Virus record (IMG/VR): IMGVR_UViG_3300011008_000004
Span: 32,001 to 96,000 of that record
DNA length: 64,000 nucleotides
Direction: 5' to 3' (one strand)
Source of the DNA: a virus
Taxonomy: Duplodnaviria; Caudoviricetes
Below, in pieces: positions 11,297 through 21,172 of the stretch. The position numbers were made by a program, and so were the translations under genes. The notes beneath the pieces were generated by a model that did no database searches, had not been told where the DNA came from, and saw nothing but the letters and a program-made list of their open reading frames with translations. Position 1 is the stretch's first letter. Each line of letters opens with the position of its first letter.

Positions 11297-12940
11297 TTAA
11301 ATTGTAAAAAGCGGAGAAACGCCATAACTATAGTAAGCGCCGAAGTAGGTGCTGAGGGAACCTGAAGTAAGCAGACACCACACAAAGTGAGAACGACTAC
11401 GAGAAGGCGATCTAGTCCAAACATATTGATTAGACGTTTTAGCTGTAACTGACTACATTACACGATTACTATTTGCATCATTTTTTACAACACCACCATT
11501 TTTCCATAACCAATAATCTGTTACAGTGCCTTCATAGCTATTCACTGAACCCGCAAGTTCAGTGCCACTTGGTAGAGTAAATTGACAATATAATTTATTG
11601 TTAGGTAATTCATAGCCACTTCTATTATAAACGCCATAAGCTACATTATCTTCAATACAAGCCAAATCTTCTGATTTCCACCAGTCTTTAAAACCATGCT
11701 TATTTACGTATGAAGTAGCTAATACGTCGCCTACGTGAGAAGATGAAAACCAATCTAAACCAGAACCATTTAACCATTTATATAAATTACTATCTTCAAT
11801 TATATTTGAACCGTATCTCATTAGATTCATAGTTGAAGTGATACCTGAACCTGGAGCAAATGAGTGTTTAAATACGTATTTGCCCTCATTCGTATCTTCC
11901 CAAGTCTGTATACTATCACCAACTTGATAATCTTCACCTTTAGTTAAAGCCGTAAAACTTTGGTCACCTAAAACTTTATTAGTGCCATAATAGTAATATA
12001 AACTATCTTCAAATAATCCTGTCGCTTTTTCTTGTTCCCTTTCATCACACACTTTTGACACCAATGTGTAAGCTGACTGAATTAATGCACCAGTAAACGT
12101 AACATCTTCACCATCGACTTTTTTAATCATGTTGTCAGATACGTCTAAAACTCTAAACGGCATAGTGTAAGAAGTATTAGTATCTGGATCAGTTAATTCA
12201 CAGTCAAATGTAAATGAGTTGTTTTCATTACTTACTAACGCTTCTCTTTTCTACTCTAAAGTTATAGAATCTAAAGCTAAAAATTCTTTTACAGATTGAA
12301 TTGTCGTTATGCTAGATGTGTTATCATAAGTTACACTAACTGTAACATTGTCTGACAACGTACCCTACATATTGATCGCATGTGGATAAAAACAAACAAC
12401 ACTATCTAAAGTTATAGGTGAAGGACATACTACTTTATAAATCTAATTCAATGGTAGTGAGAAATTTATAGGCGCATTAGATGAAGTGCCTACAGCTATT
12501 TGATTATCATTATCATCTAAAATAGTAATGGTTACATCTGTTAATGGTGTTACTACTGAATCAATTAAAGTAGCTAATGACACAGAAAGTGTTCTCTTAG
12601 TTTCGCTTTTTACGTAATCTACAACAGCCTTACTAGTGGGCGTGTTATCATCTGTAGCGTTATCATCGATTTCTACATCAAATAGCTGTGTTGATGCATA
12701 CACTTTACCGCTCTATTCATATATTGTTTTAATATAGCATCCATCTAACCCAACTAAATCTACATTCAAATTGTTTATAGCTGCCTATCTATTTTGCGCT
12801 TCAACTGCACACACATTAATCATTGAACTATCGTCAGTTTTAATGTATAACTCACCTGTTTGCAAATTAACCACAGGTTGACCTATAGCTGAAGCATCAG
12901 CCGGTGTAGGTACACCTCTTTTTCTTCTAAGTTGTAACAT
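11297..12940 (-). CDS. DGR target protein (tail-fibre/receptor-binding, CLec-like C-terminus), 547 aa in code 15
   Basis: AGGAG RBS and ATG at 12940; joins track ORFs 12443-12703 and 11453-12163 through 6 TAG; ends VWTRSP...GVSPLFTI*. Confidence 0.9.
11306..11414 (-). repeat. DGR variable repeat (VR)
   Basis: About 23 substitutions versus TR, all at TR adenines; encodes the last ~38 aa of the target. Confidence 0.96.
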
Positions 12941-12973
12941 TTATAATCAAACTCCTTAATTTTTAAAACTAAT

Positions 12974-14131
12974 TTACGGTATTAATGCAAATTTTTTATA
13001 AAATACGTATACCTCTGTTGGACTAGTGTCAGCGTTAGCTGCGTTATTTATAGTTACAGTTATACTACTAGACGCAGTATACAAACTAAAGCTTGTGTCA
13101 AATCCTGTAGTACAAACCTACCAACCTTTTCTAGAACCAGCCATTGAACCATCATAGTTAGGAATTAGTATTACAGGTGATCCCATACTAATAAATCCTG
13201 GATAGCCGTTGTACCATTCTCCACCTGATAGACTCATACTAGCGTTGGAATATCCCGTATACTGATAAACTATTAAGCATTCTTTAAGTCCTAAACTTAT
13301 AGTCTATGTACGAGATGCACATTTAGTCAATGTGCCATTAGCGCCTATTAATGCGCAATATAATGCAGCACTAAAAGCATTAGATACTTGATACGGATAT
13401 GCCCAATTAGGCCAGTTCCAACCATAAGTGTCAGTAGCACCATTATATGTAAGATACGCTTCATTATCAGCTAATGGACCACTTTTAAGTAAGAAATATT
13501 TACGCCAAGTGTACGTACCTTTAGACGTGTTAGCTGCGATACATGAAAATAAATCACCAGTAGATGTATTGCGATATAACTAACCTACAGTTCCAACTGT
13601 AGAAGTTGTTGGATCAGACGTGCCATAAATCAACTAAGATTGTATCTCTGATGTAATAGTAGATTCTAAGTTAGATTTTAAACTATAAGCACCTCCTGCT
13701 GTGAAATATAAATTACTCTCAGATGTAGGCGTATTTGTCTATGCATAATTCGCTACATTAGCTAAACCAACATCAGATTTAGTGATTGTAATATCTGAAC
13801 TTAACGCATGATTATTCACTTTTAAAGCTTTATTAACCTTGTTTTCATCTAATGAATTTATAGATACTTGTAAAGAAGATTCTGCTTGTTTAGATCTATT
13901 TATCTCATTATTTAAGTTATTAGATAATGTAAGATTTAAACTATTTATAGCATTCTAACGGCCATTAGCTTCTATATCACTAACATTTTTAAAAGATGTA
14001 ACACGACCTTGATTATCTTCAGATGTAGCTATGTACAATTCACCTGTGTCTAATCTAACAGCCGGTTGTCCTACATGCGAGAAATCATTAACTGTAGGTA
14101 ACCTATCTTTAAATCTTTTTAATAAAATCAT
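12974..14131 (-). CDS. Tail-fibre-like protein, 385 aa in code 15 (absent from ORF track)
   Basis: Open frame with 6 TAG; N-terminus MILLKRFKDRLPT..VGQPAVRLDTGELYI; TKSDVGLANVAN motif. Confidence 0.8.
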
Positions 14132-14210
14132 AAATATTTACCTTTAAAAAATTTAATTTATGATTTTAACTAAAAAAAAAAACACGAAGACAAGTATGCA
14201 TATAAAATTA

Positions 14211-15305
14211 TCAATAATAGTTAGACCAGCAAAATATAGGTTTACCTTTAATGCTAGTTACTGATATATTCACATTACCTGTAGATACTAGTGAAAATGA
14301 AAGTGTATATGTACTAGATGACGTAGTTATTTTAATTGGTAAATCAGCTTCCCATAAACCTCCACCACCAGCGGCAGAAGCTCCGCCACTACAGTGCATC
14401 ATTAAATCAAAAGACAATCCGCTAGGTAACCAACTTGGTTTAGTATATGAATAAGTTTTAGTTGTAGTCTTATTGGCCGTTACAGATATGATACTACCAG
14501 TGCCTGCGGTCATAGCTATATTCAAATCTAACCAACAAAAACGTCCTTCTTTACGTAAAGAATGATTATCTATGCTTTTGGAGCCAGTAGCGCTGTCAAA
14601 TAGTTGCCAAATATCTACTGACTCCGAATTAAAACCCAAATTAGTTAACCTCGATTCTATAGAACCTTTAGTTGAATCATACCCAGATAACGCTGTCTAA
14701 TTAGCGCTATTTAATGAAAATGTGGTATCAGTCAATGATAAGCCAGTTCCAGCTATATATGTAGTATTAATCCAAGGAACAGTTACATAAGCTTTATTCT
14801 CTGCTCCAAGCTTAACAGCATAATGCTGAGCAGTCTCACTATAACCAATTTTAATACCACCTAGAGCTGTCACAGTCGCTGATGGTAAAGTATAAACAGT
14901 ATCTGTAAATTTTGCATCTGAAGGAACACTTTTAGATATAGTATAACTTATCTATTTTATAGAACCATCACTATCAACATACGTAGGCTATATGGTAGAA
15001 CCTATCATAGGATGTGATGAATAAGTCCCAACTTTTGATGCATAAGAAGAATTAGTTGATTTAAATGATGCGTATGTGCCATCAGTTATTTTAACAATTT
15101 CTGTATCTGTATAATTTTTAGCATTAGATTCCGCTGTATTAGCTCTAGTTATAGATAGTGAATCTACTACACTACAAACATTTTTAATGGTTGAATTATC
15201 TGTTTTAATGTATAATTCACCTGTATTCAAATTCACTATAGGCTGTCCTACATCACTAAAATCTGAAGAAGTAGGAACGCCTTTCTTTCGTCTAAATAAA
15301 ATCAT
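14211..15305 (-). CDS. Tail-fibre-like protein, 364 aa in code 15
   Basis: Joins track ORFs 14988-15305 and 14211-14639 through 3 TAG; VGQPIVNLNTGELYIKTD, YTLPSAT...LGGIKIG and YIAGTGLSL motifs. Confidence 0.8.
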
Positions 15306-15367
15306 TATTAAATCTCCAATATGAATAAATTAACTAAAAAAAACCTGAACATCAAAATGACATAAAT

Positions 15368-15397
15368 AAAAGACTGTCTTTTTAGACAGTCTTTTTT
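15368..15397 (-). terminator. Intrinsic terminator
   Basis: AAAAGACTGTCT-tttt-AGACAGTCTTTT inverted repeat. Confidence 0.75.
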
Positions 15398-15405
15398 TAA
15401 TCTAC

Positions 15406-15810
15406 TATTATATCTATCTTAGATATCAAATTATGTAACTCCTATTCTGTAACAGTTACACCTGTGTTTTTAAAATTTCTCAATAAGAGTTGTTTAAATA
15501 TGTACTCATCATCTATGTATGAATCCGTTTTAATGTTAAATAATGCGCTATTAAATTCACTATCAATAGCTACATCACAGGAAATTATTTTGCTATTAGC
15601 TGGATTCTCTGTATTATAGTTGTATATGTGATGTAAATAAATATTACATCCATTTATACACATTAAAACAAATAATATCGTTTCATTTAAATACTAAGAA
15701 TTTATATAACAATCCCTTTTCCACCATAATATATCTTTAGCATTGTGAATATTATTAAATTTAACTTTCTAATCAGGAGTCATATTAGTTAGTAATTCTT
15801 CTAAAGTCAT
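15406..15810 (-). CDS. Hypothetical protein (MTLEE/MTFEE paralog family), 134 aa in code 15
   Basis: ATG at 15810, 3 TAG, TAA at 15406. Confidence 0.7.
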
Positions 15811-15819
15811 TATAAATCC

Positions 15820-16221
15820 TCAGTTTAAGAAATTTATTTCTAAGTCATTTATGAATCTAGCTAACTCACTAACTGTAGTTTCTACATTGCATTCTACTCT
15901 AAAATAGTAAGTTAAAAGATCAATTAATTCTACTGGATTAGTAATTTTATTTGAAGTATCTACTCTAAATAACTCATACATAGTATGTTTAACTGGCTCT
16001 GTAACACATATATGAATTGATTGTTTATCAGGATCTGGAAAAATATCTAGTGGAATTTTATTTACACAAGCTAAAACAAATCTAAATACTGGAGCAAATA
16101 TATACTTTCCTCTAGCTCTATTACCATAATTAACAACGCCATAGATATCTTTAACATTATTAATTATAGATCTTTCTTCTTCATCTATGTTATTCAATAC
16201 AGTTTGCAATGACGCCATCAC
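15820..16221 (-). CDS. Hypothetical protein
   Basis: ORF track; weak resemblance to neighbouring paralogs. Confidence 0.6.
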   Translation of the reverse strand: MMASLQTVLNNIDEEERSIINNVKDIYGVVNYGNRARGKYIFAPVFRFVLACVNKIPLDIFPDPDKQSIHICVTEPVKHTMYELFRVDTSNKITNPVELIDLLTYYFRVECNVETTVSELARFINDLEINFLN

Positions 16222-16232
16222 TATATATTTCC

Positions 16233-16853
16233 TTATTCACATTGCTCATCTAATGATTTAGCAGTATTAATTAAAATTTGTTTTAGTTGTCCGTCTATAT
16301 GAAATCTTTCAGCATTTTGTTCGATGCTCTTTAATAGATTACCATCATTCATTCTTAAAATAGCAGCTTTCCAGTCACAAAACATCTCAACTAAATCTAC
16401 AAGTGTCATATCTGTTACACCGTTTATGAAATGTTCTGGATGATGTCTATTTTTACTTGAATTATAATGATGATCTAAAGCAGGTTTTAAGGCTTCTAAA
16501 CTTGCTTTATATTCTTCACTATCGTACTCTAATGTAGATAACTTTTTAGTATGCTGAGCAAATAATTCTACTTCAGGAGATTCCATTTTACTAGCATCAT
16601 GGTCTACACCTCTTAAAGTAAGTTTGTCAGTTATAAACCTGATGTACTTTCTAACATTCTCTATGTGCTTTTGAGTTTCAACATTACATTCAGCTATAGT
16701 CATTACGTCTGGATTCTTAGCAGGCTCTATGACTAAATGTTTAGTTTCTCCACATCCTTCACATAATTCTGCTTCTTCAGTATAGGTTAAATCTTCGTCT
16801 TTTGCATTTGGATCAACCTTTTCTTTATAGCAGTTTTTACAATACTTTGGCAT
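16233..16853 (-). CDS. HD-like protein (DUF5662-like) with N-terminal Cys motif
   Basis: HDASK, HHY...NRHHPEH and EMFCDW motifs. Confidence 0.75.
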   Translation of the reverse strand: MPKYCKNCYKEKVDPNAKDEDLTYTEEAELCEGCGETKHLVIEPAKNPDVMTIAECNVETQKHIENVRKYIRFITDKLTLRGVDHDASKMESPEVELFAQHTKKLSTLEYDSEEYKASLEALKPALDHHYNSSKNRHHPEHFINGVTDMTLVDLVEMFCDWKAAILRMNDGNLLKSIEQNAERFHIDGQLKQILINTAKSLDEQCE

Positions 16854-16896
16854 ATTTTACCTCATAATCTTTCATTGCTGTTAGATGGTGATTGTT

Positions 16897-16905
16897 TAAT
16901 TTAGC
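16897..16905 (-). promoter_or_regulatory. GCTAAATTA candidate phage-specific promoter
   Basis: Identical intergenic 9-mer at six sites upstream of minus-strand genes. Confidence 0.6.
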
Positions 16906-16925
16906 AGCTTTTACTACTAATTAGA

Positions 16926-17699
16926 TTAGAAAACCACCACTTTTAATTTAGGAAATATACTTTGAAGTAATTCTACAATAACTTCTTTCCTTCTTTCACA
17001 ACCTACAGTAGCTAACTTTGAAAGTTTCTCTAAATTACTTCCAGACAACATACAAACTATTTCTAAAAGTAATCTTTCAGCAGCGTCTATGTACACTTCA
17101 GAGTCTGTAATTACATCATCATATTTACTAATAGGATTCATTCTTTCGATGTCTAGAATGTTTCCTATGACCTTAGGATTGTTTCTATGATTAGTGTATT
17201 CATATTTCAAGTAATAATCATTGGTTAAACCATTTAAGTAAGTTGGACCAATGATTTCATAATCATTATTAGCAGCTTTAAAACGATTTTCGGCAAGTCT
17301 TATCATTGTAGAAGTTTTACCACAACCTCTTGGGCCCGTAATAATTACAACTCCTCTATAACCACTTACATCCATTCCTTGTGAATTATTAAAATCAGTT
17401 ATAGGTATAAATTCATCACCATTCAGTTTAACAGTATTAGTTTCATTATTTTTATCTTTATATACTAAATTTTCCCAATTTCTAATATCTACAATGGCTT
17501 TAGCATCTAAATCTCTTTCATCACTATCTGAACCATAATTTAATAACGCTATTTTACCTACATCGAAATATATGCTTAAAATAAAATTTTCATCAACAGC
17601 TGTAAGACCTACACCTCTTATCTCAGAACTTCTGTCCATATACATAATTTTCTTTGTATCTATACTTGTTTTATTTTCATCATGACATGTGTATAACAT
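16926..17699 (-). CDS. Hypothetical protein with P-loop
   Basis: GPRGCGKT Walker A. Confidence 0.55.
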   Translation of the reverse strand: MLYTCHDENKTSIDTKKIMYMDRSSEIRGVGLTAVDENFILSIYFDVGKIALLNYGSDSDERDLDAKAIVDIRNWENLVYKDKNNETNTVKLNGDEFIPITDFNNSQGMDVSGYRGVVIITGPRGCGKTSTMIRLAENRFKAANNDYEIIGPTYLNGLTNDYYLKYEYTNHRNNPKVIGNILDIERMNPISKYDDVITDSEVYIDAAERLLLEIVCMLSGSNLEKLSKLATVGCERRKEVIVELLQSIFPKLKVVVF

Positions 17700-17824
17700 A
17701 ATTCACCTCTATAGATATAAAATACAAAATAGAAAGTAAAAAAGCCTACACTATGTAGGCTTTTTCTATATATTCACTTCGCAAATAATCTAATCACAAA
17801 TAATCTAATCATTTCATTATGTAA

Positions 17825-18250
17825 TTAGTATGCGAAAGTTATTGTTGTCATACGTAATAGTTTCTTAATATTTTCAAGCGTAAATGATGGTTCTTCATTC
17901 ACGACTAAGTGTAAATTCTCTTTTATGAATATCGCTAATTCATCTGCATCGTGAGGTATTTTAACATCATTTGGATATGTCATATATAATAACGCTAAAT
18001 CTGAATCACTAGCACCTACACTTAACACTTTATGAGAACCTGCATTTACAGATATAACTCTTAGTTCAAAACCTTTTATACAACACAAAACAAACTACGT
18101 GTATGTTTGATAATCTATAATATGATCTGGATCATTTAGTAAATTAGTCCAATTGCCTTCATCGTCAGATCCAAAATTATCTATATCTTTAATTGTTTTT
18201 ACATTATCAATTTCGTATTTATGATCTTTCAAGTATTCTTCAAATGTCAT
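17825..18250 (-). CDS. Hypothetical protein (MTFEEYL paralog), 141 aa in code 15
   Basis: ATG at 18250 overlaps the upstream stop; one in-frame TAG; N-terminus similar to 18247-18693. Confidence 0.75.
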
Positions 18251-18693
18251 TCTTGTGGCTCCTTAAAAATAACATTAGTCATATTTAAAAATTCTAAAAT
18301 AATATCTTTATTTGAATACTTTCTTGTAAAATAAGGCGATAATTCTAGATATAAATAATCTGCTAAACTTTCTTTATCTGTAGGAATGTCATGTCCATCT
18401 ACATTACTATATGTCATTATAGGATACTTTTCATCATCTGCAAAGAATACAAACACTAAGTCGCTGCTATCTTTTTTATCACTAGTTGCAGCATATATCG
18501 GTAATACTTTAATAGTGACGTGATTAGCACAAGCTATCATAAATCTAGCGTACATAATATAAAAAGTCATGTAATCTTGCATAGGACTAGATATACGCAT
18601 AATTTCTTCTTGCCCAAAATTAGTTATATCTTTTGCAGATTTTAAATTATTAAGTTCATCTTTATGTTCATATAAATATTCTTCAAAGGTCAT
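18247..18693 (-). CDS. Hypothetical protein (MTFEEYL paralog)
   Basis: ORF track. Confidence 0.7.
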   Translation of the reverse strand: MTFEEYLYEHKDELNNLKSAKDITNFGQEEIMRISSPMQDYMTFYIMYARFMIACANHVTIKVLPIYAATSDKKDSSDLVFVFFADDEKYPIMTYSNVDGHDIPTDKESLADYLYLELSPYFTRKYSNKDIILEFLNMTNVIFKEPQE

Positions 18694-18695
18694 AA

Positions 18696-19535
18696 TTAAA
18701 AATCCAATAATACATCACTTAATGCTGTGTTATATTCTGCATCTGTAAAAGAAGAATCAAAGCCATATGAAGGTTCTTCAAATATATATCCGTCTACAAA
18801 AGTACGACATAAATCTTCTATAATTAAATTAGTAGCTCTGTAATAAATTGTAGACCACTCATCTATATCGGATATATCTTTTATTAGTTGTTTAATAGAC
18901 ACAGTTACTTCTACAATATCATAATCTTTTACTTCTGTCTTCTTAGACCAATTATCTTTTTCGAAACTTTCTATAATAGCATCTATAGCTGATTTACTAG
19001 CATCATTAGCCACAGCGGATTCTGTAGCTTGTAGAGCTGCTTGCAATAAAGCAGATGTTCTATCACTCTCATCTAATTGCTGCAATTTAAACTTATTAGC
19101 TTCGTCTATTTTTATGCCACCATTTTGAATCTCATCTAAAACGTAGTCGTAATCTTGACTATCATAATTCCAATCTTTTATAACGTCGTATGGATCTTCT
19201 ACGAGTCTAATGCAAGTTTCTATATCTATCATATCTCTTGGCTTGCTATTATATATTTCATCTTTATATGAATTATAAATACTATCAAGTTCATTTATCT
19301 TAACTTTAATAGTAACATCATCAACATTAGAGGTAATCTCAGTTATAGCTTCATTATTAGACTTAGTATAAACTATACCAGCCTTTAACATTACAACAGT
19401 GAATGTGGCGAATTCTGTATCATCAAGATTATACGCTTCTTTAAATAGTTTATCTATTTCATTGTCAATTAACAAATTCTTATGTTCTTGTATAAAATCA
19501 TTTACTACGTTTATAGTTTCATTATCAACAACCAC
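18696..19535 (-). CDS. Acidic hypothetical protein
   Basis: ORF track; N-terminal L.KAGI motif shared with adjacent LRR proteins. Confidence 0.6.
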   Translation of the reverse strand: MVVDNETINVVNDFIQEHKNLLIDNEIDKLFKEAYNLDDTEFATFTVVMLKAGIVYTKSNNEAITEITSNVDDVTIKVKINELDSIYNSYKDEIYNSKPRDMIDIETCIRLVEDPYDVIKDWNYDSQDYDYVLDEIQNGGIKIDEANKFKLQQLDESDRTSALLQAALQATESAVANDASKSAIDAIIESFEKDNWSKKTEVKDYDIVEVTVSIKQLIKDISDIDEWSTIYYRATNLIIEDLCRTFVDGYIFEEPSYGFDSSFTDAEYNTALSDVLLDF

Positions 19536-19537
19536 AA

Positions 19538-20224
19538 TTAATTCCTCTTGTATTCACTCTTAATGTCAGCTACGCCATCTGAACATCTAACTCTAGTTCC
19601 TAAATCAAATATAGCTTCAAATTTAGCATTTAATATATTTCTAAAATCTTCACAAGTCCCATCATAATAAACATCTGAAGTATCGTAACCTAAGGCGCCT
19701 TCACCTATATAATATATAGATATTGGAAGACTTAATTCTCTTAAATCTCCACAACTGTCAAGACAATGTATACCTAAGTGTTTAATAACGCCAAGATCTA
19801 TTTTACTAAGTTTCTTACATTGATGAAAAGCGTCTTCTCCTAAAGAAATAGTATTAGTTAACTTTACGTTAGTAAGATTGTCACATCTACAAAAACAAAA
19901 GGCAGGAATAATTTCCTTATTAGCTACGAGTCTGTTTATATTACTATCATTTATAGCTTCACAGTCATAAAAACATCCTATAGGAAGCGTAGTCTTATTA
20001 GTAAAATAATCTATCACATCAATTCCTGCAGACATTAGAAGGTCTGTTAGATAACTACAAACTATGCCTTGTATACAAGCAAATTCTCTAGCGAAAGTAT
20101 CTACATAATCGCTACCAACTAACTTATATAATTCTTCTAAGTCATTCTTATTTAAAGCTACTTCAGCACTTGGAACTTCATCAAAAAATTCACTGAATAT
20201 TTTAAGTTGTTTTTCATTTAACAT
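19538..20224 (-). CDS. BspA-type leucine-rich repeat protein
   Basis: Repeats I...AF..C..L..I.L. Confidence 0.8.
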   Translation of the reverse strand: MLNEKQLKIFSEFFDEVPSAEVALNKNDLEELYKLVGSDYVDTFAREFACIQGIVCSYLTDLLMSAGIDVIDYFTNKTTLPIGCFYDCEAINDSNINRLVANKEIIPAFCFCRCDNLTNVKLTNTISLGEDAFHQCKKLSKIDLGVIKHLGIHCLDSCGDLRELSLPISIYYIGEGALGYDTSDVYYDGTCEDFRNILNAKFEAIFDLGTRVRCSDGVADIKSEYKRN

Positions 20225-20261
20225 AAATTATTTCCTATGCTTATAATAAACTCTTGTAAAT

Positions 20262-20882
20262 TCATAATTCAATAATCCCATCTAAACATTGAATTTTACA
20301 CGTTTTAGGAATACCGTAATCCCATTCATACTTCTTATCTACATCATTCCACTCATCTATAGTGCCATCAAATATAATACTATTTAATTTTTTACAATAA
20401 TTAAACGCATAGTCATGAATAGATTGCAAACCCTTATGTAAAATAACTTTAACTAAGTTGCAATTACTAAAAGCATAAGAATGGATATATTTAACACTAC
20501 TTGGAATATCAATCTCAGTAAGACTATAACATCTAGAAAAAGCTTCAGATCCAATACCTTCAAGTTTATCATGTAATCTTATCTATTCTAATTTATGACA
20601 ATCCATAAAAGCGCCACGAGAAATAAATGTACAATTATTTGGAATCGCTATCTAAGCAATATCACTCTCTAATAGAAAAAAGTCAGGAACATTGCTAGTA
20701 TACAATAAAGGATCAATTCCTGCTTCAAAAAATAACTCAGTAAACTAGCCAATATACTGCCAATATGATTTTTTATAATTATAAATATTCTCATATAACT
20801 TATCAAACTAATTACTGTTCAATAAACTATAATTAGGTTCTTCGCTTAATATGGTTTGTATGTCAGATTGTGATAAACTCAT
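20262..20882 (-). CDS. BspA-type leucine-rich repeat protein, 206 aa in code 15 (absent from ORF track)
   Basis: 4 in-frame TAG; AGIDPL motif; IG.EAFSRCYSLTEIDIPSSVKYI-type repeats. Confidence 0.85.
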
Positions 20883-21172
20883 ATACTAATTTTCCTCGAT
20901 ATTTATTTTAGCTTAAATATGAAAAACACATGACAGCTATATAAAATACTATCATGTGTTAAATATCAATTTAACGAGAGCAAAACACTATATCTATTTT
21001 AGCATCACTATTTTTCTCTAGCGCGATGTAGGGAGCCTTTCGCGCCTCTTTTTTCTGCTATTTATGGCTATTTACATCACTTTATTACTATTTTATGTAA
21101 TAAAACTGCTACTTGAAACATACAAGTAATATTATGTATCACTAGAAGTCTCTATTCACTCTCTAGACTTAG

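Noticed and set aside
12974-15305. Additional DGR targets in neighbouring fibre genes
   Set aside because: No TR-like sequence found at their 3' ends by eye; remote targets outside the window remain possible
17782-17811. 15-bp tandem duplication CAAATAATCTAATCA x2
   Set aside because: Only two copies in an AT-rich gap beside a terminator; no evidence of function
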